DNA from: an uncultured virus (IMG/VR IMGVR_UViG_3300006923_000016)
Taxonomy: Duplodnaviria > Heunggongvirae > Uroviricota > Caudoviricetes
IMG/VR virus record: IMGVR_UViG_3300006923_000016
Coordinates: 58,018-78,017 of that record
Direction: 5' to 3' (one strand)
Length of the DNA stretch: 20,000 bases
Every line of letters starts with the position of its first letter. Positions within the stretch are counted from its first letter, which is position 1. The position numbers and the translations under genes are program-made. The notes under the pieces are model-generated. The model searched no databases. It was not told where the DNA came from and saw nothing but the letters and a program-made list of their open reading frames with translations. Of the stretch, positions 6,714 through 15,230 are shown in pieces.

Positions 6714-8509
6714 TAGAGGGTCATCCTTTGATAGAGAGATGTGGCAATTATAGAAATACTTGGCTTCCCTAGATTCTGTAAACACCACTTGATAGTCTGC
6801 TTAACTAGCTCGTTTGAATATACTTTATCGTTTTGAAGCCATTCTATTGTTTCTTCTAGGTCACTAGGGTCTACCTTAACTAGAAGACTGTCTGGAATCA
6901 AAAGCTTTGCATCACTATGAACAATACACAGTGCCCCATGGACCGCAGCTTGAGCGATTAATGTTCCATCAGTGTTCGGATCAAGGTCCACAACAATGCC
7001 AGACATTCCCAGTAGGTTATTAATTGATGTTTCAGATTCACTACGCCAACTGGTGACATCACTAACTGTCTTCCTATCTAGTCTAATCTGATCTCTAAAG
7101 ATGGGTAAGGAAACGATCTGTGTAGGCTTCCTAACTCCAGCATCCCAAATATATTCAGCTTCTTTTGGAGTAGAGCATATGATTACATCATAGTATTTAG
7201 CTAAGCGGAGAGCAGCCAGCTTATCCACCGGTCCCGGCACAATAGCATAAACACAATTTATGATGCCCTTAGGGGGTAGCTTAGCTTTGGGTCCAATATT
7301 GTCTGTGGAGATAATATCGATAACAATATCCTTCTTATCTATGGCAATTGCGTTTTCAAGGATTGTGTAACCAGCTTCTGTCAGTCCACGTTTTAGCCCG
7401 CGCTTAATAGCTTCAGCCCTGGGGTCTTGTCCTAAGCTGTGAAGAATAAGCTTGTTCTCAGCAAAGGCACCTTCAGGCAGTTTGTACTCAAGCTTCTTGA
7501 GGACATACTCTTGAACCTTGGCAACTGGAAGATCATTCATGCAAGCATGATTATAGCTACATCTAGCATACCAACAATACTGACATCCTAGCTCTGCAGT
7601 GACTGCAATAGCTCCAGGGTAGTGATTGATACGGGCTGCTGGATCAGTGGGCCCAAAGATAGAAACAATATTCAGTCCAAGCGCGCCAGCCAAATGTAGC
7701 ATGCCACTGTCAGGGCCAACAAAAAGATCAGACTCATTAATTAACGCCGCCGCAGGCCGGAAGCCAAACTTCTCAGCCGTAGTGTTTGGCTGTCCCCAGG
7801 AATCGGCCCGTCCATTAAAGTCATCAATGATAATTCTCACATCAGGTCGGAAGGCTGTTATCTGGTTAATCAGCTGGGTAGTTTTATCCACAGGCCAAGA
7901 ACGCCTATGGTCGACTGAAGCTACAGAGAGGAAGATAAGCTTATAGCTATCTCTTTCTCCCCACTTTTGCTCTAGCCATTTCTGCGCCCATTCTACCTCA
8001 TCAACCTTGGGTTTGTAAATAGGAGAATACTGTCTTAGCTGAATTCCTACGTACTTGGCAAACAGGTCAATACGATTGATGGGAGGATTAGATGTCTTCT
8101 CATAGGAAGGACAAACACTAGTCACATCAGCAAAGTAATCATAAATCCCTGGATCAATTGTCCGGAAATCTACAATTGTATCAATGTCTGGATTGTTTTC
8201 TACCACCCTAAAAAGGGTAGGGTCTGTAGCATAAGTAATAATACAATTCGGATACTCTTGACGGATAGCCCTAACGGTTGGGGTTGTCATAAGAACATCA
8301 CCCAATCCACCCAGCTTACGTTGAATACAAATTTGAAGAGCTGCTTCCTTATTTTCAAAGGAAAACTTTGAGTGGGCTCTGATGAGTTCATGCTGAGCAC
8401 GAAACTTAGTCCGAGTAAAGCCACCCGGAACTCTCGACACAGGAGCTCGACTCTTAGGCTTAAGAGTTCGTGATCCCCGCGAAGAATTCTTGCGGAAAAT
8501 ATTGGGCAT
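6713..8509 (-). CDS. Glycosyltransferase family 9 (heptosyltransferase-like) fused to a degenerate GT4-like domain, 598 aa
   Basis: Motifs GGLGDVLMTTPTVRAIRQEYP, RRSWP, DLFVGPDSGMLHLAGALG, SIFGPTDP and the Cys cluster CQYCWYARCSYNHACM. The last ~250 aa resemble the neighbouring GT4 but lack EX7E. Confidence 0.88.
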   Translation of the reverse strand: MPNIFRKNSSRGSRTLKPKSRAPVSRVPGGFTRTKFRAQHELIRAHSKFSFENKEAALQICIQRKLGGLGDVLMTTPTVRAIRQEYPNCIITYATDPTLFRVVENNPDIDTIVDFRTIDPGIYDYFADVTSVCPSYEKTSNPPINRIDLFAKYVGIQLRQYSPIYKPKVDEVEWAQKWLEQKWGERDSYKLIFLSVASVDHRRSWPVDKTTQLINQITAFRPDVRIIIDDFNGRADSWGQPNTTAEKFGFRPAAALINESDLFVGPDSGMLHLAGALGLNIVSIFGPTDPAARINHYPGAIAVTAELGCQYCWYARCSYNHACMNDLPVAKVQEYVLKKLEYKLPEGAFAENKLILHSLGQDPRAEAIKRGLKRGLTEAGYTILENAIAIDKKDIVIDIISTDNIGPKAKLPPKGIINCVYAIVPGPVDKLAALRLAKYYDVIICSTPKEAEYIWDAGVRKPTQIVSLPIFRDQIRLDRKTVSDVTSWRSESETSINNLLGMSGIVVDLDPNTDGTLIAQAAVHGALCIVHSDAKLLIPDSLLVKVDPSDLEETIEWLQNDKVYSNELVKQTIKWCLQNLGKPSISIIATSLYQRMTL

Positions 8510-8515
8510 TCATTG

Positions 8516-8520
8516 CCTCC
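8516..8520 (-). promoter_or_regulatory. Shine-Dalgarno GGAGG for the GT9 gene
   Basis: GGAGG-CAATGA-ATG in the 26-nt gap, the longest intergenic space in the window. Confidence 0.75.
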
Positions 8521-8535
8521 GATTTTACTTAAAGA

Positions 8536-10062
8536 TTACCAGGTCCAATTAAGGCCTAGCCCAAGGAAGAGAGCATCGTCTGTGTAGGTGTCTGCAGCGT
8601 CTGTAGCTGCGAGGCGACTTATCTTAATATTAATAAGACCAAGGCCACTGACTCCATTCTCAAGCGTTTGAGTAGCGTATTCAAAGTTCTGCACATCGTC
8701 AGCATTGGCGATGGTGAAGACATTGCTTTCTGCCAACCCCCAAGTGCCAGCAAAGGTTTCAGCATCCCCTACCACATCCACATCAGTACCAGCTAAACCA
8801 TAGTGTAGATAGAACGCAGCGCCACTGCCACCACCCGGAACGGAGGTTCCCATTACATAAATGGTCGCCTGAACGGTAGCAGGCAAAGTCCCATCCTCTC
8901 GACGGGGGACTTCGATTACCAGAGATGCATACTCATCATCCATACCATCATAGGCAAGAACAATAGCTGCAAAAGCAGCAGCTCCTGCCCCTTTGATAAG
9001 GCTAAGAGTCTCTGGAGTAGTAGCCACATGGGCATTAAACTCACGAGGATGCAACCACGAATGAGTTCTAGTCTGCTTAAGCCCAGAAGCACTCTTAGTA
9101 AGAGTATCTCCGTCAAGCTCAAGCTGAAACTCGGTTCCCACAAGCTCAAGCCCATCTCCATCAGCAGTATAGGTAGTACCTGAAGCAACCCTGGGCTCCC
9201 ATTCAGAACTGACGTTGTTATAGGTGAGAACAAAATCAGCAGTGGGGGCTGCCCCACTAATAGCAACACCCTGAAGAGCACGAGCATTCCACCAGTTACC
9301 ATTATTAAAGGCCGTAATTCCATTAGCACTTTTACTAAGAACAGTGTCACCTGTGGTATCAATCTCCAAAGAAAACTGAGTACCAGTAAGCTCAATGCCC
9401 AGGCCATCGGCTGTGTAGGAAGCAGAGGCTGTCATGGCTGCATCCAATGCACTGATAGCTGCCTCAAGGCTAGTGTTCTGGGTGATGTGGACAGTAGAGC
9501 TATAGTCAGGAGTACTATCGCCTACCCCGTCACTACCGATGAAGGCTCGAATAGCATCAAGCTGAGCATCCATTGAGCCTGGGCCAGACGTTAGGGTAGC
9601 ATCAAATGCCTTTAACCCAATGTAGGCCTTGGTATAGTCTGAGATGGGGTCATTATTAATCTGGAAAAATGCCTGATTAATGGCAGTGATAGAGGCATCT
9701 AGCTGACCAGCCAGCTTTAAGATCGTTTCCTTGATGGTGAGTTTTCTACCACCGTCCCAGAAGAGCACACTGCTCTTATTGGTTGCAGTGTTGTCAGTCC
9801 AAACCTGGTCACCGCTAAGACCATTTTTAATAGCATCAAGAGCATCCCCAATTGGAGTATCTGTTGCATTGTCTGCATCAAGAATACCAAGTGGTAGCTG
9901 AGCAATCAAAGGCCTTAAGGTATTGTTATAGACCGACTGCAGCTCTTGTATATCACGGGAAAGCTCATTAAAGGTTGAGTTAATACGCTTTACGCTAAAC
10001 CCACCACCTTCGGGGGTTTTACGTGACCTTGTGCGTGAAACAATAATTGGGACAGTAGACAT
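8536..10062 (-). CDS. Putative tail fibre / virion appendage protein, 508 aa
   Basis: Helical N-terminal region with short coiled coils (SLEAAISALDAAM), two YTADGxGxELxGTxFxLExD repeats, a fibre-type APTADFVLTYNNVSSEWEP motif and a beta-rich C-terminal domain. Rich in G/A/T/S/D. Confidence 0.6.
   Translation of the reverse strand: MSTVPIIVSRTRSRKTPEGGGFSVKRINSTFNELSRDIQELQSVYNNTLRPLIAQLPLGILDADNATDTPIGDALDAIKNGLSGDQVWTDNTATNKSSVLFWDGGRKLTIKETILKLAGQLDASITAINQAFFQINNDPISDYTKAYIGLKAFDATLTSGPGSMDAQLDAIRAFIGSDGVGDSTPDYSSTVHITQNTSLEAAISALDAAMTASASYTADGLGIELTGTQFSLEIDTTGDTVLSKSANGITAFNNGNWWNARALQGVAISGAAPTADFVLTYNNVSSEWEPRVASGTTYTADGDGLELVGTEFQLELDGDTLTKSASGLKQTRTHSWLHPREFNAHVATTPETLSLIKGAGAAAFAAIVLAYDGMDDEYASLVIEVPRREDGTLPATVQATIYVMGTSVPGGGSGAAFYLHYGLAGTDVDVVGDAETFAGTWGLAESNVFTIANADDVQNFEYATQTLENGVSGLGLINIKISRLAATDAADTYTDDALFLGLGLNWTW
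9076..9417 (-). repeat. Two diverged ~32-34-aa protein repeats (9316-9417 and 9076-9171)
   Basis: YTADGLGIELTGTQFSLEIDTTGDTVLSKSANGI versus YTADGDGLELVGTEFQLELDGDTLTKSASGLK. Confidence 0.85.
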
Positions 10063-10065
10063 AGA

Positions 10066-12120
10066 TTAACCTAGCTTGATTGTGTAAGAGTCGATGAATG
10101 GCGACACAGAAGGGTCTGAAGTGCTTAGGATAGCCCTTAAGGTAATGTTAGTAAAAGTTCTTGTGGGGAGTTTGTACTCTACCCTGAAACGTTCACTGAA
10201 GTGATCACCAAAACTCTGTTGAGTCTTAAATATAAATGCAATATTGCCAGAAGCATCTACTCTTCGAGTATACACTCCGAGTTCTCCAGTGTCAGAGAGG
10301 CTATCGAACTCCTGCTGAGAGACAAAGACTATCTTCCTTTCTGCCCAGAACACCCCTCCAGTATAAATCTTCTCTCCGGTAAAGCCCGTAGGATATGGAT
10401 AGCCTTCTACAATATACTTATGGTTATAGGGATAAAGGGAATCGCTTGCTTCTAGAAGGACTTCTGTGGTTAATGGAGTTGTCGTATCGAGTAGCTTCCA
10501 GTTCTCTGCATCTGTTTGGAATAGATAGTCCCCCTTGCTTAGGAGGATAGCCCCTGTTCGCTCTACTCCATCAATCTTTGCTGAAGTGGAGCCTAGGTTA
10601 ATCTCATATCCATTAGGATCATCTACTCTAAGGATGGTTTGATAAACATTCGTCTCTACATCCAAAGACCAACCAGAGGATATTCCCCTAACGATCTCAT
10701 CACGATTTCCTAGGTTACGATATACCACATAGGTAGTTTCATTAATGTCTCCTACAGAAGCCAAAGGAACAAAGGAGTTCAGCGCAACATCTGATATTCC
10801 ATTCAGAGTAATGCCGTGAGCCGCTGTTGAGTCCAGAGCTTCAGCGTCCTTGGTTGCATCGAAAACACTAGTAGACCCTACATTGTTAACAGGGACAGAG
10901 TCTGTAAAATCAATTACCTGTGGGTGAGAAGGAGCACCGTCACCCAAGGATGAAATCGGAATAAAGGTAACGCCATCTGGGCTTACCCAGTAGTAGATAT
11001 CAGTTCCCTCAGGCTTAAAGTCACAAGTATGAAGGGCAACCTTTGAGAAGGTTTTAACTACACCATCGTTGTCTTCTACGCTAAGGGCATTGGACTCAAG
11101 AAGAGTTCCAAGGGCTACATCAAACTTGGGGCGATAGAAGCTAACATTCTTACACCCAAATTCATACACAAAGTTATTATCGATGTCTACGTCATCATAG
11201 CCTGACTTGGAGATAATGAACTTAAAGAACCGAGCCTGAATCTCGGGGAACATCCATACCCCTGGACTGCTTACAAGGCTAATGCTTGGCTGACCTGGGA
11301 CTAGGACAAAGTCAACCCCATTCTGACTATACATAAGACTTACTACAAAGGCACTCGTACCAGTAGAGCCAAAGGGAACGAAGGTTGCCTTGCTTACTGC
11401 CTTACTCTCTCCCATATCTACAAGTAGACTGTGGGTAATAACTTGAGCAGTTGAAGTTCTAACCACAGAGAGCCACTTAGAGTATTCATCATCGATAGCA
11501 TGAACTACTCCCATTCCTGCTGGGGTCTCCTGTAGGACAAGGCTGTTTGCAGAGAGAAGTTGAGCGCTTGCTATCCATGCATCGTCTGGAAGAATCCTTG
11601 CCGCTCCATTAGGAATCCACTCTTCCCTCATGGCAGCAATGCCTGCATTCGTATCGATTCTTGCAGTCGTTAGGGTCTGATTGATTTGCTCCATGTTGAC
11701 GAAGTCGTCAGAAACATAAGCAAAGTATCCAAGGGTATCTCTCTTGAGAAGAAGAAGGTTTTCAATTCGGTCTTCCAGGCTAATCAAACTTCGCCTTACT
11801 GACTCATAATAGGCAGCCCATCGTCTCTCTTGCTTAATGGTAGCTACACTCAGGTCTTTGATCGTGTCATACATTGCTGTGATGTCACGGTGCTGGCTTG
11901 TAAGGGTAGTGTTCCACTTGGAAGCCGAGGCGGTTTCATAATGGACAATATCAAAACTTTCTAAGGCGATAAGGGGCCTATCGCCCAACAGTGGATTGCT
12001 AGCTTCCAGCTCCACCACCTGCTCTTCCAGTTCATCCATATTGGGAACTGTTCCCAGCTTCAACTCCTGTAGGAGGAAGTCGGTAAAGAGAACGTTATGA
12101 TATCTGCCCTTTAAACTCAT
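10066..12120 (-). CDS. Putative virion structural protein (coiled coil + discoidin-like beta-sandwich), paralogue 3 of 3, 684 aa
   Basis: Segments RRSLISLEDRIENLLLL, HAIDDEYSKW, LLVDMGESKAVSKATFVP, YSQNGVDF, FPEIQARFFKFII and C-terminal SPFIDSYTIK. Acidic and beta-rich. Confidence 0.6.
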   Translation of the reverse strand: MSLKGRYHNVLFTDFLLQELKLGTVPNMDELEEQVVELEASNPLLGDRPLIALESFDIVHYETASASKWNTTLTSQHRDITAMYDTIKDLSVATIKQERRWAAYYESVRRSLISLEDRIENLLLLKRDTLGYFAYVSDDFVNMEQINQTLTTARIDTNAGIAAMREEWIPNGAARILPDDAWIASAQLLSANSLVLQETPAGMGVVHAIDDEYSKWLSVVRTSTAQVITHSLLVDMGESKAVSKATFVPFGSTGTSAFVVSLMYSQNGVDFVLVPGQPSISLVSSPGVWMFPEIQARFFKFIISKSGYDDVDIDNNFVYEFGCKNVSFYRPKFDVALGTLLESNALSVEDNDGVVKTFSKVALHTCDFKPEGTDIYYWVSPDGVTFIPISSLGDGAPSHPQVIDFTDSVPVNNVGSTSVFDATKDAEALDSTAAHGITLNGISDVALNSFVPLASVGDINETTYVVYRNLGNRDEIVRGISSGWSLDVETNVYQTILRVDDPNGYEINLGSTSAKIDGVERTGAILLSKGDYLFQTDAENWKLLDTTTPLTTEVLLEASDSLYPYNHKYIVEGYPYPTGFTGEKIYTGGVFWAERKIVFVSQQEFDSLSDTGELGVYTRRVDASGNIAFIFKTQQSFGDHFSERFRVEYKLPTRTFTNITLRAILSTSDPSVSPFIDSYTIKLG

Positions 12121-15100
12121 ACGATTGATTGGTCCAAGACCCTAAATCTAAGATCTCTTAGTACTGGGGTATAGAAAGGAGCTACCTCAACTAGGTTTTG
12201 GGTAAGCTCAGGAATATATCCATAGAGGTAGTCTACCTTACCAGAGAACAACTGCTCAGTTTCCAGTGAGATAGTGTTGTCCTCTACGTCAACAGAGAAC
12301 ATTGTCTCTGGGAGAACTCTAGCTACATTATACTTCAACTGATAAAGGGTATAGCGGTAAGAAACTCCCTTACCGTCTTCGACAGTATCAATGCAATAGA
12401 TGATTCCGTTCTTATAGTCAACAGAGTATCGACCATCCGTAGAGGTAGCAAACCCACTACTATAGGTGTAGGTGGTTGATCCAATCTCTGTCTCGGAGCC
12501 AGTGTAATAAACCTGAATGATACCGGTAGCATAATCAATATTGTACTGACCCTCAACCCCCGGAACACCACCTACCTCCGTTACGAAAAGATCTGTCCTT
12601 GAGAAGACAACTCCAGTCCCCTGAAACAAAGCATTATCCGTACCGTGAGCAAGAGTAAAGGTAAATACTGGACTAGAGTCTACATCCGGAATAACCTCAG
12701 CCTGAACTCGTAGGTTTTGATAAAGCTCATCGTGCCCATTAGCAAAGACTACCTCTACGGGAGCTACTGCTGGGAGGAAGATATCATCAGGCATAATGAC
12801 GCTTCCCTTAACGATATTCTTCTGACTAAGACGAATAACATATCCAGTATTGGTACTGACATTGGTCTCTTCCGTTGGCGGGAAAAAGTAACCATTAAAG
12901 CCATAAGGAGCTCTGATCGTACCGGTAACATCGCTACCCGCTCCTGGAACAAAGTTGTCAGAAGCAACGACAATCCTATCAAAACCATTCTCTCTTGTAG
13001 AGTATGTGAAACCGATATCTCTATAGATTGGGAAGTATCTATAGCTAACCATTGTGATATTCGTAGAGGAGGTAGCGTTAAAACTAGTGATAACTCCATG
13101 CTCATAGTCTACGTAATAGTCACCAGCTAGGGTTAAGTCATCAATGCTTGCAACTTCAGTTTGAAATATGCCAGAAGTGATTAGCGTTCCAGTAAGGTCT
13201 CGCTCTGTAATCTGGAAAGACCAATTATGAAGGGTTGCTTCGGTTGAGATAATCTTCTTATGCTGAAGCTGGATGTTTGTCTGACCTTTGGGAAGGATAT
13301 AGCTAACAACACCAGAAGGACTGCCCAGCCTTTCTAGGGAACTTCGGCCCACAACACCATCTGAACTAAACTCAAGATTAGCTGCAAAGCCATTACTGAT
13401 TGAAGCAAACGTAACAGCTTCGGGAGTAAAGTGCATCCTTACCTTAGCTCCAGCCGGAACAGCCTTACCGTTCGTCCCGTCTCCAAATACAATCTTAGCA
13501 ATACCATCTTCGCTACCCAGTCTGTAAACCAAATCAGTTGAACTATAGAGAGAAAGGTTTCCTACAAGCCCCCACTCAACTCCATCCACAGAAACAACTA
13601 GACTACTAGCTGGAAGCTCATCGATAGCAAAGGGAGCAAACAATTCGAGCTGTCCACCATTCCCAGTACCAATAACAAACGGAACGCGCGTCGTTCCGTT
13701 TGGTCCTCTTGTTGCGATGGTTTCCAAAACGGTGACATCATCTGAGGCTAGAGTTTCTGTAGGGGAGATGAGAGCTGGAGTAATCTCCGGGTTGACAATA
13801 GTGCTTTCTGACTTACGAACTACAGACTCGGTCTCTTCTCCAAAGTTTTCATTGGTAGTAAAGGCTCCACTGTTTCTTTTCAGTACAGCTCTCCACAGAA
13901 ATGAACTAGTCACAACCAAATCATCAAAGGTTAAAACCTCTGGAGTGTCGAAGGAGTCCCTCTTTAGTGGCTGAATTTCTTGCCAGTCCTGACCTTCGTC
14001 AGTTGAAATATAAAACTTTATACTTCCAAAAGCAGAACTCTTGGGACGATAGGCAGCAAGAAGGCCAACCTTAAACATGTCTAGGGTAATAGATCTACCC
14101 TTGGAAATAATCTCAGACTCTTCTGCAAACTCTACAGCCTTAATATCTATTGACCGAACGCCAATAGCCATTCGATACTTATCAACTCCAAGCTGAGTTG
14201 GATAGATGTAGGGTGTAGATTTTCTAAGGCGAACACTTACATGCTTTGCCTTATGGGGTAGGAAGGTATAAGTGAACTTACCATTCCACATAGATGAACT
14301 TGGGTTTAGGAGGAAAACATCACTCTCAGTCTCGTTTGCATAATCTTTTAAAGGGATGGAATCCTTAACGGAAGTCCAGGTTTCCCCATCACGGCTAACA
14401 CTAATATCAAGGATCTCAACTTCGTCTAGGGTGCCGAAGTTGACTGGGTCAATGACAATTCTATTTACAATGGCAGGCTCCTCGAGAGCTAGCCTTAAGT
14501 TAACCGTGAGGGGAACAATGCTGGCCGCCTCATCAAGGTAATATGTTTTCTCAAACTCTGCCCATGTGTCGGCGTTGAAGTCTTTAATGGAATCTAAATT
14601 ATTCCTAGGTGTAAGACTTGCAATTCCTTCGTTATTTCCTAGGACTCCCTCAAAGCTAGTAGTGTCTAGTTCTACAGAGTCTATCTGTATATTAGTTACA
14701 GCCGTTTCACCTAGGGTCACAATACCTTCGTCTAGGACAACACTCGCTTCAGTAAGACTCAGCTTACTAGACCCAATGTCTAGTAGGTCAACATTAGTAA
14801 AAGACTCACTGACTAACTCTCCAGCCGATCCTTCATAAAGCTTAAGGTCATCAAGCTTACTGGCAATACGTCGGATTGAGCCAAGGAGATCATCTCGCTC
14901 AATCGTTGTCTGGTTAAAGGTACTTACAATAAGTTCACCCAACAACTTTAAGCGGAGGAATAGGATGGCAATATCTCTACCAACATCACGCATCTCTTCA
15001 TTGTGCAAACTTGTTTCAGGAGCAGAATCTGGGACAACTCCAATAGGGTCGAAGACTGCCTTCCCTACTGAGTCTTGAAACTCTCCAACTAGCTGAGACC

Positions 15101-15230
15101 ACATCTGTAGGAGCTCTTCTCTTGTTTGAAATGCTCCCGATGCAAAAGCAACAGAAAGCTCATCAAGAAGAACCTTAAGTCGGTTTCTCTCTACGGTTAA
15201 GCTAGGAGCCTGTAGGGCATTATATGGCAT
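12117..15230 (-). CDS. Putative baseplate-associated structural protein, paralogue 2 of 3, with inserted modules, ~1037 aa
   Basis: Same scaffold as its two neighbours, plus VSVDGVEW...IVFGDGTNGKAVPAG (baseplate wedge-type motif) and three Yx(V/I)DYxxGxI repeats. Start moved from 15308 to ATG 15230, an 11-nt overlap with the upstream gene. Confidence 0.65.
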   Translation of the reverse strand: MPYNALQAPSLTVERNRLKVLLDELSVAFASGAFQTREELLQMWSQLVGEFQDSVGKAVFDPIGVVPDSAPETSLHNEEMRDVGRDIAILFLRLKLLGELIVSTFNQTTIERDDLLGSIRRIASKLDDLKLYEGSAGELVSESFTNVDLLDIGSSKLSLTEASVVLDEGIVTLGETAVTNIQIDSVELDTTSFEGVLGNNEGIASLTPRNNLDSIKDFNADTWAEFEKTYYLDEAASIVPLTVNLRLALEEPAIVNRIVIDPVNFGTLDEVEILDISVSRDGETWTSVKDSIPLKDYANETESDVFLLNPSSSMWNGKFTYTFLPHKAKHVSVRLRKSTPYIYPTQLGVDKYRMAIGVRSIDIKAVEFAEESEIISKGRSITLDMFKVGLLAAYRPKSSAFGSIKFYISTDEGQDWQEIQPLKRDSFDTPEVLTFDDLVVTSSFLWRAVLKRNSGAFTTNENFGEETESVVRKSESTIVNPEITPALISPTETLASDDVTVLETIATRGPNGTTRVPFVIGTGNGGQLELFAPFAIDELPASSLVVSVDGVEWGLVGNLSLYSSTDLVYRLGSEDGIAKIVFGDGTNGKAVPAGAKVRMHFTPEAVTFASISNGFAANLEFSSDGVVGRSSLERLGSPSGVVSYILPKGQTNIQLQHKKIISTEATLHNWSFQITERDLTGTLITSGIFQTEVASIDDLTLAGDYYVDYEHGVITSFNATSSTNITMVSYRYFPIYRDIGFTYSTRENGFDRIVVASDNFVPGAGSDVTGTIRAPYGFNGYFFPPTEETNVSTNTGYVIRLSQKNIVKGSVIMPDDIFLPAVAPVEVVFANGHDELYQNLRVQAEVIPDVDSSPVFTFTLAHGTDNALFQGTGVVFSRTDLFVTEVGGVPGVEGQYNIDYATGIIQVYYTGSETEIGSTTYTYSSGFATSTDGRYSVDYKNGIIYCIDTVEDGKGVSYRYTLYQLKYNVARVLPETMFSVDVEDNTISLETEQLFSGKVDYLYGYIPELTQNLVEVAPFYTPVLRDLRFRVLDQSIV

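Noticed and set aside
69..8509. Ordinary chromosomal LPS/O-antigen locus
   Set aside because: No membrane, export or initiating-transferase genes are in view, the enzymes are truncated or fused, and the cassette is coupled to virion-like genes. Not fully excluded, because the operon continues past position 1.
8510..8535. Terminator or promoter between the structural and glycosylation blocks
   Set aside because: The gap is only 26 nt, with no hairpin or U-tract and no clear promoter; it contains just an RBS.
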